A stretch of 64,000 bases of DNA from Auanema rhodensis (lineage: Eukaryota > Animalia > Nematoda): assembly GCA_964057225.1 (NCBI GenBank), contig OZ059898.1, forward strand, positions 62,001 through 126,000, in the 5' to 3' direction. The position numbers and the translations under genes were made by a program. Positions within the stretch are counted from its first letter, which is position 1, and every line of letters starts with the position of its first letter. This document shows, piece after piece, positions 39,201-54,032 of the stretch. The notes under the pieces were generated by a model that was given only the letters and a program-made list of their open reading frames with translations, was not told the DNA's origin and did no database searches.

Positions 39201-42200
39201 GAATCTAATTTTGAAAACCGCATCTCTTTATCTTTCACGTGAAGCGAGTTACATACCAAGTGCACATCACGTGTACATTTAATTAGCATAAATTAAAGTT
39301 CACGTAAAATTCAAAGTCATGGTTACCATGAACCAATATCAATAAAAATTTGTTTTTAGACTAATATGGACATGGGGAATCTAATTTTGAAAACCGCATC
39401 TCTTTATCTTTCACGTGAAGCGAGTTACATACCAAGTGCACATCACGTGTACATTTAATTAGCATAAATTAAAGTTCACGTAAATTTCAAAGTCATGGTT
39501 ACCATGAACCAATATCAATAAAAATTTGTTTTTAGACTAATATGGACTAGGGGAATCTAATTTTGAAAACCGCATCTCTTTATCTTTCACGTGAAGCGAG
39601 TTACATACCAAGTGCACATCACGTGTACATTTAATTAGCATAAATTAAAGTTCACGTAAATTTCAAAGTCATGGTTACCATGCACCAATATCAATAAAAA
39701 TTTGTTTTTAGACTAATATGGACATGGGGAATCTAATTTTGAAAACCGCATCTCTTTATCTTTCACGTGAAGCGAGTTACATACCAAGTGCACATCACGT
39801 GTACATTTGATTAGCATAAATTAAAGTTCACGTAAATTTCAAAGTCATGGTTACCATGAACCAATATCAATAAAAATTTGTTTTTAGACTAATATGGACA
39901 TGGGGAATCTAATTTTGAAAACCGCATCTCTTTATCTTTCACGTGAAATGAGTTACATAACAAGTGCACATCACGTGTACATTTAATTAGCATAAATTAA
40001 AGTTCACGTAAATTTCAAAGTCATGGTTACCATGCACCAATATCAATAAAAATTTGTTTTTAGACTAATATGGACATGGGGAATCTAATTTTGAAAACCG
40101 CATCTCTTTATCTTTCACGTCAAGCGAGTTACATACCAAGTGCACATCACGTGTACATTTAATTAGCATAAATTAAAGTTCACGTAAATTTCAAAGTCAT
40201 GGTTACCATGAAGCAATATCAATAAAAATTTGTTTTTAGACTAATATGGACATGGGGAATCTAATTTTGAAAACCGCATCTCTTTATCTTTCACGTGAAG
40301 CGAGTTACATACCAAGTGCACATCACGTGTACATTTAATTAGCATAAATTAAAGTTCACGTAAATTTCAAAGTCATGGTTACCATGAAGCAATATCAATA
40401 AAAATTTGTTTTTAGACTAATATGGACAGGGCAAATCTAATTTTGAAAACCGCATCTCTTTATCTTTCACGTGAAGCGAGTTACATACCAAGTGCACATC
40501 ACGTGTACATTTAATTAGCATAAATTAAAGTTCACGTAAATTTCAAAGTCATGGTTACCATGAAGCAATATCAATAAAAATTTGTTTTTAGACTAATATG
40601 GACATGGGGAATCTAATTTTGAAAACCGCATCTCTTTATCTTTCACGTGAAGCGAGTTACATACCAAGTGCACATCACGTGTACATTTAATTAGCATAAA
40701 TTAAAGTTCACGTAAATTTCAAAGTCATGGTTACCATGAACCAATATCAATAAAAATTTGTTTTGAGACTAATATGGACATGGGGAATCTAATTTTGAAA
40801 ACCGCATCTCTTTATCTTTCACGTGAAGCGAGTTACATACCAAGTGCACATCACGTGTACATTTAATTAGCATAAATTAAAGTTCACGTAAATTTCAAAG
40901 TCATGGTTACCATGCACCAATATCAATAAAAATTTGTTTTTAGACTAATATGGACATGGGGAATCTAATTTTGAAAACCGCATCTCTTTATCTTTCACGT
41001 GAAGCGAGTTACATACCAAGTGCACATCACGTGTACATTTAATTAGCATAAATTAAAGTTCACGTAAATTTCAAAGTCATGGTTACCATGCACCAATATC
41101 AATAAAAATTTGTTTTTAGACTAATATGGAAATGGGGAATCTAATTTTGAAAACCGCATCTCTTTATCTTTCACGTGAAGCGAGTTACATACCAAGTGCA
41201 CATCACGTGTACATTTAATTAGCATAAATTAAAGTTCACGTAAATTTCAAAGTCATGGTTACCATGAACCAATATCAATAAAAATTTGTTTTTAGACTAA
41301 TATGGACATGGGGAATCTAATTTTGAAAACCGCATCTCTTTATCTTTCACGTGAAGCGAGTTACATAACAAGTGCACATCACGTGTACATTTAATTAGCA
41401 TAAATTAAAGTTCACGTAAATTTCAAAGTCATGGTTACCATGCACCAATATCAATAAAAATTTGTTTTTAGACTAATATGGACATGGGGAATCTAATTTT
41501 GAAAACCGCATCTCTTTATCTTTCACGTGAAGCGAGTTACATACCAAGTGCACATCACGTGTACATTTAATTAGCATAAATTAAAGTTCACGTAAATTTC
41601 AAAGTCATGGTTACCATGAAGCAATATCAATAAAAATTTGTTTTTAGACTAATATGGACATGGGGAATCTAATTTTGAAAACCGCATCTCTTTATCTTTC
41701 ACGTGAAGCGAGTTACATACCAAGTGCACATCACGTGTACATTTAATTAGCATAAATTAAAGTTCACGTAAATTTCAAAGTCATGGTTACCATGAAGCAA
41801 TATCAATAAAAATTTGTTTTTAGACTAATATGGACAGGGGGAATCTAATTTTGAAAACCGCATCTCTTTATCTTTCACGTGAAGCGAGTTACATACCAAG
41901 TGCACATCACGTGTACATTTAATTAGCATAAATTAAAGTTCACGTAAATTTCAAAGTCATGGTTACCATGAAGCAATATCAATAAAAATTTGTTTTTAGA
42001 CTAATATGGACATGGGGAATCTAATTTTGAAAACCGCATCTCTTTATCTTTCACGTGAAGCGAGTTACATACCAAGTGCACATCACGTGTACATTTAATT
42101 AGCATAAATTAAAGTTCACGTAAATTTCAAAGTCATGGTTACCATGAACCAATATCAATAAAAATTTGTTTTGAGACTAATATGGACATGGAGAATCTAA

Positions 42201-43824
42201 TTTTGAAAACCGCATCTCTTTATCTTTCACGTGAAGCGAGTTACATACCAAGTGCACATCACGTGTACATTTAATTAGCATAAATTAAAGTTCACGTAAA
42301 TTTCAAAGTCATGGTTACCATGCACCAATATCAATAAAAATTTGTTTTTAGACTAATATGGACATGGGGAATCTAATTTTGAAAACCGCATCTCTTTATC
42401 TTTCACGTGAAGCGAGTTACATACCAAGTGCACATCACGTGTACATTTAATTAGCATAAATTAAAGTTCACGTAAATTTCAAAGTCATGGTTACCATGAA
42501 GCAATATCAATAAAAATTTGTTTTTAGACTAATATGGACATGGGGAATCTAATTTTGAAAACCGCATCTCTTTATCTTTCACGTGAAGCGAGTTACATAC
42601 CAAGTGCACATCACGTGTACATTTAATTAGCATAAATTAAAGTTCACGTAAATTTCAAAGTCATGGTTACCATGAAGCAATATCAATAAAAATTTGTTTT
42701 TAGACTAATATGGACAGGGGGAATCTAATTTTGAAAACCGCATCTCTTTATCTTTCACGTGAAGCGAGTTACATACCAAGTGCACATCACGTGTACATTT
42801 AATTAGCATAAATTAAAGTTCACGTAAATTTCAAAGTCATGGTTACCATGAAGCAATATCAATAAAAATTTGTTTTTAGACTAATATGGACATGGGGAAT
42901 CTAATTTTGAAAACCGCATCTCTTTATCTTTCACGTGAAGCGAGTTACATACCAAGTGCACATCACGTGTACATTTAATTAGCATAAATTAAAGTTCACG
43001 TAAATTTCAAAGTCATGGTTACCATGAACCAATATCAATAAAAATTTGTTTTTAGACTAATATGGACAGGGGGAATCTAATTTTGAAAACCGCATCTCTT
43101 TATCTTTCACGTGAAGCGAGTTACATACCAAGTGCACATCACGTGTACATTTAATTAGCATAAATTAAAGTTCACGTAAATTTCAAAGTCATGGTTACCA
43201 TGCACCAATATCAATAAAAATTTGTTTTTAGACTAATATGGACATGGGGAATCTAATTTTGAAAACCGCATCTCTTTATCTTTCACGTGAAGCGAGTTAC
43301 ATACCAAGTGCACATCACGTGTACATTTAATTAGCATAAATTAAAGTTCACGTAAATTTCAAAGTCATGGTTACCATGAACCAATATCAATAAAAATTTG
43401 TTTTGAGACTAATATGGACATGGGGAATCTAATTTTGAAAACCGCATCTCTTTATCTTTCACGTGAAGCGAGTTACATACCAAGTGCACATCACGTGTAC
43501 ATTTAATTAGCATAAATTAAAGTTCACGTAAATTTCAAAGTCATGGTTACCATGAAGCAATATCAATAAAAATTTGTTTTTAGACTAATATGGACATGGG
43601 GAATCTAATTTTGAAAACCGCATCTCTTTATCTTTCACGTGAAGCGAGTTACATACCAAGTGCACATCACGTGTACATTTAATTAGCATAAATTAAAGTT
43701 CACGTAAATTTCAAAGTCATGGTTACCATGAAGCAATATCAATAAAAATTTGTTTTTAGACTAATATGGACATGGGGAATCTAATTTTGAAAACCGCATC
43801 TCTTTATCTTTCACGTGAAGCGAG

Positions 43825-46800
43825 TTACATACCAAGTGCACATCACGTGTACATTTAATTAGCATAAATTAAAGTTCACGTAAATTTCAAAGTCATGGTT
43901 ACCATGAAGCAATATCAATAAAAATTTGTTTTTAGACTAATATGGACATGGGGAATCTAATTTTGAAAACCGCATCTCTTTATCTTTCACGTGAAGCGAG
44001 TTACATACCAAGTGCACATCACGTGTACATTTAATTAGCATAAATTAAAGTTCACGTAAATTTCAAAGTCATGGTTACCATGAAGCAATATCAATAAAAA
44101 TTTGTTTTTAGACTAATATGGACATGGGGAATCTAATTTTGAAAACCGCATCTCTATATCTTTCACGTGAAGCGAGTTACATACCAAGTGCACATCACGT
44201 GTACATTTAATTAGCATAAATTAAAGTTCACGTAAATTTCAAAGTCATGGTTACCATGAAGCAATATCAATAAAAATTTGTTTTTAGACTAATATGGACA
44301 TGGGGAATCTAATTTTGAAAACCGCATCTCTTTATCTTTCACGTGAAGCGAGTTACATACCAAGTGCACATCACGTGTACATTTAATTAGCATAAATTAA
44401 AGTTCACGTAAATTTCAAAGTCATGGTTACCATGCACCAATATCAATAAAAATTTGTTTTTAGACTAATATGGACATGGGGAATCTAATTTTGAAAACCG
44501 CATCTCTTTATCTTTCACGTGAAGCGAGTTACATACCAAGTGCACATCACGTGTACATTTAATTAGCATAAATTAAAGTTCACGTAAATTTCAAAGTCAT
44601 GGTTACCATGAAGCAATATCAATAAAAATTTGTTTTTAGACTAATATGGACATGGGGAATCTAATTTTGAAAACCGCATCTCTTTATCTTTCACGTGAAG
44701 CGAGTTACATACCAAGTGCACATCACGTGTACATTTAATTAGCATAAATTAAAGTTCACGTAAATTTCAAAGTCATGGTTACCATGAACCAATATCAATA
44801 AAAATTTGTTTTTAGACTAATATGGACATGGGGAATCTAATTTTGAAAACCGCATCTCTTTATCTTTCACGTGAAGCGAGTTACATACCAAGTGCACATC
44901 ACGTGTACATTTAATTAGCATAAATTAAAGTTCACGTAAATTTCAAAGTCATGGTTACCATGAACCAATATCAATAAAAATTTGTTTTTAGACTAATATG
45001 GACATGGGGAATCTAATTTTGAAAACCGCATCTCTTTATCTTTCACGTGAAGCGAGTTACATACCAAGTGCACATCACGTGTACATTTAATTAGCATAAA
45101 TTAAAGTTCACGTAAATTTCAAAGTCATGGTTACCATGCACCAATATCAATAAAAATTTGTTTTTAGACTAATATGGACATGGGGAATCTAATTTTGAAA
45201 ACCGCATCTCTTTATCTTTCACGTGAAGCGAGTTACATACCAAGTGCACATCACGTGTACATTTAATTAGCATAAACTAAAGTTCACGTAAATTTCAAAG
45301 TCATGGTTACCATGCACCAATATCAATAAAAATTTGTTTTTAGACTAATATGGACATGGGGAATCTAATTTTGAAAACCGCATCTCTTTATCTTTCACGT
45401 GAAGCGAGTTACATACCAAGTGCACATCACGTGTACATTTAATTAGCATAAATTAAAGTTCACGTAAAATTCAAAGTCATGGTTACCATGAACCAATATC
45501 AATAAAAATTTGTTTTTAGACTAATATGGACATGGGGAATCTAATTTTGAAAACCGCATCTCTTTATCTTTCACGTGAAGCGAGTTACATACCAAGTGCA
45601 CATCACGTGTACATTTAATTAGCATAAATTAAAGTTCACGTAAATTTCAAAGTCATGGTTACCATGAAGCAATATCAATAAAAATTTGTTTTTAGACTAA
45701 TATGGACATGGGGAATCTAATTTTGAAAACCGCATCTCTTTATCTTTCACGTGAAGCGAGTTACATACCAAGTGCACATCACGTGTACATTTAATTAGCA
45801 TAAATTAAAGTTCACGTAAATTTCAAAGTCATGGTTACCATGAACCAATATCAATAAAAATTTGTTTTTAGACTAATATGGACATGGGGAATCTAATTTT
45901 GAAAACCGCATTTCTTTATCTTTCACGTGAAGCGAGTTACATACCAAGTGCACATCACGTGTACATTTAATTAGCATAAATTAAAGTTCACGTAAAATTC
46001 AAAGTCATGGTTACCATGAACCAATATCAATAAAAATTTGTTTTTAGAGTAATATGGACATGGGGAATCTAATTTTGAAAACCGCATCTCTTTATCTTTC
46101 ACGTGAAGCGAGTTACATACCAAGTGCACATCACGTGTACATTTAATTAGCATAAATTAAAGTTCACGTAAATTTCAAAGTCATGGTTACCATGAAGCAA
46201 TATCAATAAAAATTTGTTTTTAGACTAATATGGACATGGGGAATCTAATTTTGAAAACCGCATCTCTTTATCTTTCACGTGAAGCGAGTTACATACCAAG
46301 TGCACATCACGTGTACATTTAATTAGCATAAATTAAAGTTCACGTAAATTTCAAAGTCATGGTTACCATGAAGCAATATCAATAAAAATTTGTTTTTAGA
46401 CTAATATGGACATGGGGAATCTAATTTTGAAAACCGCATCTCTATATCTTTCACGTGAAGCGAGTTACATACCAAGTGCACATCACGTGTACATTTAATT
46501 AGCATAAATTAAAGTTCACGTAAATTTCAAAGTCATGGTTACCATGAAGCAATATCAATAAAAATTTGTTTTTAGACTAATATGGACATGGGGAATCTAA
46601 TTTTGAAAACCGCATCTCTTTATCTTTCACGTGAAGCGAGTTACATACCAAGTGCACATCACGTGTACATTTAATTAGCATAAATTAAAGTTCACGTAAA
46701 TTTCAAAGTCATGGTTACCATGCACCAATATCAATAAAAATTTGTTTTTAGACTAATATGGACATGGGGAATCTAATTTTGAAAACCGCATCTCTTTATC

Positions 46801-48224
46801 TTTCACGTGAAGCGAGTTACATACCAAGTGCACATCACGTGTACATTTAATTAGCATAAATTAAAGTTCACGTAAATTTCAAAGTCATGGTTACCATGAA
46901 GCAATATCAATAAAAATTTGTTTTTAGACTAATATGGACATGGGGAATCTAATTTTGAAAACCGCATCTCTTTATCTTTCACGTGAAGCGAGTTACATAC
47001 CAAGTGCACATCACGTGTACATTTAATTAGCATAAATTAAAGTTCACGTAAATTTCAAAGTCATGGTTACCATGAACCAATATCAATAAAAATTTGTTTT
47101 TAGACTAATATGGACATGGGGAATCTAATTTTGAAAACCGCATCTCTTTATCTTTCACGTGAAGCGAGTTACATACCAAGTGCACATCACGTGTACATTT
47201 AATTAGCATAAATTAAAGTTCACGTAAATTTCAAAGTCATGGTTACCATGAACCAATATCAATAAAAATTTGTTTTTAGACTAATATGGACATGGGGAAT
47301 CTAATTTTGAAAACCGCATCTCTTTATCTTTCACGTGAAGCGAGTTACATACCAAGTGCACATCACGTGTACATTTAATTAGCATAAATTAAAGTTCACG
47401 TAAATTTCAAAGTCATGGTTACCATGCACCAATATCAATAAAAATTTGTTTTTAGACTAATATGGACATGGGGAATCTAATTTTGAAAACCGCATCTCTT
47501 TATCTTTCACGTGAAGCGAGTTACATACCAAGTGCACATCACGTGTACATTTAATTAGCATAAACTAAAGTTCACGTAAATTTCAAAGTCATGGTTACCA
47601 TGCACCAATATCAATAAAAATTTGTTTTTAGACTAATATGGACATGGGGAATCTAATTTTGAAAACCGCATCTCTTTATCTTTCACGTGAAGCGAGTTAC
47701 ATACCAAGTGCACATCACGTGTACATTTAATTAGCATAAATTAAAGTTCACGTAAAATTCAAAGTCATGGTTACCATGAACCAATATCAATAAAAATTTG
47801 TTTTTAGACTAATATGGACATGGGGAATCTAATTTTGAAAACCGCATCTCTTTATCTTTCACGTGAAGCGAGTTACATACCAAGTGCACATCACGTGTAC
47901 ATTTAATTAGCATAAATTAAAGTTCACGTAAATTTCAAAGTCATGGTTACCATGAAGCAATATCAATAAAAATTTGTTTTTAGACTAATATGGACATGGG
48001 GAATCTAATTTTGAAAACCGCATCTCTTTATCTTTCACGTGAAGCGAGTTACATACCAAGTGCACATCACGTGTACATTTAATTAGCATAAATTAAAGTT
48101 CACGTAAATTTCAAAGTCATGGTTACCATGAACCAATATCAATAAAAATTTGTTTTTAGACTAATATGGACATGGGGAATCTAATTTTGAAAACCGCATT
48201 TCTTTATCTTTCACGTGAAGCGAG
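43825..48224. repeat. 13-mer (2288 bp) higher-order duplication: monomers 250-261 = 263-274
   Basis: T156A at 44156/46444 and T45C at 45277/47565, both 2288 bp apart. Confidence 0.9.
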
Positions 48225-51200
48225 TTACATACCAAGTGCACATCACGTGTACATTTAATTAGCATAAATTAAAGTTCACGTAAATTTCAAAGTCATGGTT
48301 ACCATGAAGCAATATCAATAAAAAATTGTTTTTAGACTAATATGGACATGGGGAATCTAATTTTGAAAACCGCATTTCTTTATCTTTCACGTGAAGCGAG
48401 TTACATACCAAGTGCACATCACGTGTACATTTAATTAGCATAAATTAAAGTTCACGTAAATTTCAAAGTCATGGTTACCATGAAGCAATATCAATAAAAA
48501 ATTGTTTTTAGACTAATATGGACATGGGGAATCTAATTTTGAAAACCGCATCTCTTTATCTTTCACGTGAAGCGAGTTACATACCAAGTGCACATCACGT
48601 GTACATTTAATTAGCATAAATTAAAGTTCACGTAAATTTCAAAGTCATGGTTACCATGAACCAATATCAATAAAAATTTGTTTTTAGACTAATATGGACA
48701 TGGGGAATCTAATTTTGAAAACCGCATTTCTTTATCTTTCACGTGAAGCGAGTTACATACCAAGTGCACATCACGTGTACATTTAATTAGCATAAATTAA
48801 AGTTCACGTAAAATTCAAAGTCATGGTTACCATGAACCAATATCAATAAAAATTTGTTTTTAGAGTAATATGGACATGGGGAATCTAATTTTGAAAACCG
48901 CATCTCTTTATCTTTCACGTGAAGCGAGTTACATACCAAGTGCACATCACGTGTACATTTAATTAGCATAAATTAAAGTTCACGTAAATTTCAAAGTCAT
49001 GGTTACCATGAAGCAATATCAATAAAAATTTGTTTTTAGACTAATATGGACATGGGGAATCTAATTTTGAAAACCGCATCTCTTTATCTTTCACGTGAAG
49101 CGAGTTACATACCAAGTGCACATCACGTGTACATTTAATTAGCATAAATTAAAGTTCACGTAAATTTCAAAGTCATGGTTACCATGAAGCAATATCAATA
49201 AAAATTTGTTTTTAGACTAATATGGACATGGGGAATCTAATTTTGAAAACCGCATCTCTTTATCTTTCACGTGAAGCGAGTTACATACCAAGTGCACATC
49301 ACGTGTACATTTAATTAGCATAAATTAAAGTTCACGTAAATTTCAAAGTCATGGTTACCATGAACCAATATCAATAAAAATTTGTTTTTAGACTAATATG
49401 GACATGGGGAATCTAATTTTGAAAACCGCATTTCTTTATCTTTCACGTGAAGCGAGTTACATACCAAGTGCACATCACGTGTACATTTAATTAGCATAAA
49501 TTAAAGTTCACGTAAAATTCAAAGTCATGGTTACCATGAACCAATATCAATAAAAATTTGTTTTTAGAGTAATATGGACATGGGGAATCTAATTTTGAAA
49601 ACCGCATCTCTTTATCTTTCACGTGAAGCGAGTTACATACCAAGTGCACATCACGTGTACATTTAATTAGCATAAATTAAAGTTCACGTAAATTTCAAAG
49701 TCATGGTTACCATGAAGCAATATCAATAAAAATTTGTTTTTAGACTAATATGGACATGGGGAATCTAATTTTGAAAACCGCATCTCTTTATCTTTCACGT
49801 GAAGCGAGTTACATACCAAGTGCACATCACGTGTACATTTAATTAGCATAAATTAAAGTTCACGTAAATTTCAAAGTCATGGTTACCATGAACCAATATC
49901 AATAAAAATTTGTTTTTAGACTAATATGGACATGGGGAATCTAATTTTGAAAACCGCATCTTTTTATCTTTCACGTGAAGCGAGTTACATACCAAGTGCA
50001 CATCACGTGTACATTTAATTAGCATAAATTAAAGTTCACGTAAATTTCAAAGTCATGGTTACCATGAACCAATATCAATAAAAATTTGTTTTTAGACTAA
50101 TATGGACATGGGGAATCTAATTTTGAAAACCGCATCTCTTTATCTTTCACGTGAAGCGAGTTACATACCAAGTGCACATCACGTGTACATTTAATTAGCA
50201 TAAATTAAAGTTCACGTAAATTCCAAAGTCATGGTTACCATGCACCAATATCAATAAAAATTTCTTTTTAGACTAATATGGACATGGGGAATCTAATTTT
50301 GAAAACCGCATCTCTTTATCTTTCACGTGAAGCGAGTTACATACCAAGTGCACATCACGTGTACATTTAATTAGCATAAATTAAAGTTCACGTAAATTTC
50401 AAAGTCATGGTTACCATGCACCAATATCAATAAAAATTTGTTTTTAGACTAATATGGACATGGGGAATCTAATTTTGAAAACCGCATCTCTTTATCTTTC
50501 ACGTGAAGCGAGTTACATACCAAGTGCACATCACGTGTACATTTAATTAGCATAAATTAAAGTTCACGTAAATTTCAAAGTCATGGTTACCATGAACCAA
50601 TATCAATAAAAATTTGTTTTGAGACTAATATGGACATGGGGAATCTAATTTTGAAAACCGAATCTCTTTATCTTTCACGTGAAGCGAGTTACATACCAAG
50701 TGCACATCACGTGTACATTTAATTAGCATAAATTAAAGTTCACGTAAATTTCAAAGTCATGGTTACCATGCACCAATATCAATAAAAATTTGTTTTTAGA
50801 CTAATATGAACATGGGGAATCTAATTTTGAAAACCGCATCTCTTTATCTTTCACGTGAAGCGAGTTACATACCAAGTGCACATCACGTGTACATTTAATT
50901 AGCATAAATTAAAGTTCACGTAAATTTCAAAGTCATGGTTACCATGAAGCAATATCAATAAAAATTTGTTTTTAGACTAATATGGACAGGGGGAATCTAA
51001 TTTTGAAAACCGCATCTCTTTATCTTTCACGTGAAGCGAGTTACATACCAAGTGCACATCACGTGTACATTTAATTAGCATAAATTAAAGTTCACGTAAA
51101 TTTCAAAGTCATGGTTACCATGAAGCAATATCAATAAAAATTTGTTTTTAGACTAATATGGACATGGGGAATCTAATTTTGAAAACCGCATCTCTTTATC

Positions 51201-54032
51201 TTTCACGTGAAGCGAGTTACATACCAAGTGCACATCACGTGTACATTTAATTAGCATAAATTAAAGTTCACGTAAATTTCAAAGTCATGGTTACCATGAA
51301 CCAATATCAATAAAAATTTGTTTTTAGACTAATATGGACATGGGGAATCTAATTTTGAAAACCGCATCTCTTTATCTTTCACGTGAAGCGAGTTACATAC
51401 CAAGTGCACATCACGTGTACATTTAATTAGCATAAATTAAAGTTCACGTAAATTCCAAAGTCATGGTTACCATGCACCAATATCAATAAAAATTTGTTTT
51501 TAGACTAATATGGACATGGGGAATCTAATTTTGAAAACCGCATCTCTTTATCTTTCACGTGAAGCGAGTTACATACCAAGTGCACATCACGTGTACATTT
51601 AATTAGCATAAATTAAAGTTCACGTAAATTTCAAAGTCATGGTTACCATGCACCAATATCAATAAAAATTTGTTTTTAGACTAATATGGACATGGGGAAT
51701 CTAATTTTGAAAACCGCATCTCTTTATCTTTCACGTGAAGCGAGTTACATACCAAGTGCACATCACGTGTACATTTAATTAGCATAAATTAAAGTTCACG
51801 TAAATTTCAAAGTCATGGTTACCATGAACCAATATCAATAAAAATTTGTTTTGAGACTAATATGGACATGGGGAATCTAATTTTGAAAACCGCATCTCTT
51901 TATCTTTCACGTGAAGCGAGTTACATACCAAGTGCACATCACGTGTACATTTAATTAGCATAAATTAAAGTTCACGTAAATTTCAAAGTCATGGTTACCA
52001 TGCACCAATATCAATAAAAATTTGTTTTTAGACTAATATGGACATGGGGAATCTAATTTTGAAAACCGCATCTCTTTATCTTTCACGTGAAGCGAGTTAC
52101 ATACCAAGTGCACATCACGTGTACATTTAATTAGCATGAATTAAAGTTCACGTAAATTTCAAAGTCATGGTTACCATGAAGCAATATCAATAAAAATTTG
52201 TTTTTAGACTAATATGGACATGGGGAATCTAATTTTGAAAACCGCATCTCTTTATCTTTCACGTGAAGCGAGTTACATACCAAGTGCACATCACGTGTAC
52301 ATTTAATTAGCATAAATTAAAGTTCACGTAAATTTCAAAGTCATGGTTACCATGAAGCAATATCAATAAAAATTTGTTTTTAGACTAATATGGACATGGG
52401 GAATCTAATTTTGAAAACCGCATCTCTTTATCTTTCACGTGAAGCGAGTTACATACCAAGTGCACATCACGTGTACATTTAATTAGCATAAATTAAAGTT
52501 CACGTAAATTTCAAAGTCATGGTTACCATGCACCAATATCAATAAAAATTTGTTTTTAGACTAATATGGACATGGGGAATCTAATTTTGAAAACCACATC
52601 TCTTTATCTTTCACGTGAAGCGAGTTACATACCAAGTGCACATCACGTGTACATTTAATTAGCATAAATTAAAGTTCACGTAAATTTCAAAGTCATGGTT
52701 ACCATGAAGCAATATCAATAAAAATTTGTTTTTAGACTAATATGGACATGGGGAATCTAATTTTGAAAACCGCATCTCTTTATCTTTCACGTGAAGCGAG
52801 TTACATACCAAGTGCACATCACGTGTACATTTAATTAGCATAAATTAAAGTTCACGTAAATTTCAAAGTCATGGTTACCATGAAGCAATATCAATAAAAA
52901 TTTGTTTTTAGACTAATATGGACAGGGGGAATCTAATTTTGAAAACCGCATCTCTTTATCTTTCACGTGAAGCGAGTTACATACCAAGTGCACATCACGT
53001 GTACATTTAATTAGCATAAATTAAAGTTCACGTAAATTTCAAAGTCATGGTTACCATGAAGCAATATCAATAAAAATTTGTTTTTAGACTAATATGGACA
53101 TGGGGAATCTAATTTTGAAAACCGCATCTCTTTATCTTTCACGTGAAGCGAGTTACATACCAAGTGCACATCACGTGTACATTTAATTAGCATAAATTAA
53201 AGTTCACGTGAATTTCAAAGTCATGGTTACCATGAACCAATATCAATAAAAATTTGTTTTTAGACTAATATGGACATGGGGAATCTAATTTTGAAAACCG
53301 CATTTCTTTATCTTTCACGTGAAGCGAGTTACATACCAAGTGCACATCACGTGTACATTTAATTAGCATAAATTAAAGTTCACGTAAAATTCAAAGTCAT
53401 GGTTACCATGAACCAATATCAATAAAAATTTGTTTTTAGACTAATATGGACATGGGGAATCTAATTTTGAAAACCGCATCTCTTTATCTTTCACGTGAAG
53501 CGAGTTACATACCAAGTGCACATCACGTGTACATTTAATTAGCATAAATTAAAGTTCACGTAAATTTCAAAGTCATGGTTACCATGAAGCAATATCAATA
53601 AAAAATTGTTTTTAGACTAATATGGACATGTGGAATCTAATTTTGAAAACCGCATCTCTTTATCTTTCACGTGAAGCGAGTTACATACCAAGTGCACATC
53701 ACGTGTACATTTAATTAGCATAAATTAAAGTTCACGTAAATTTCAAAGTCATGGTTACCATGAAGCAATATCAATAAAAATTTGTTTTTAGACTAATATG
53801 GACATGGGGAATCTAATTTTGAAAACCGCATCTCTTTATCTTTCACGTGAAGCGAGTTACATACCAAGTGCACATCACGTGTACATTTAATTAGCATAAA
53901 TTAAAGTTCACGTAAATTTCAAAGTCATGGTTACCATGAAGCAATATCAATAAAAATTTGTTTTTAGACTAATATGGACAGGGGGAATCTAATTTTGAAA
54001 ACCGCATCTCTTTATCTTTCACGTGAAGCGAG

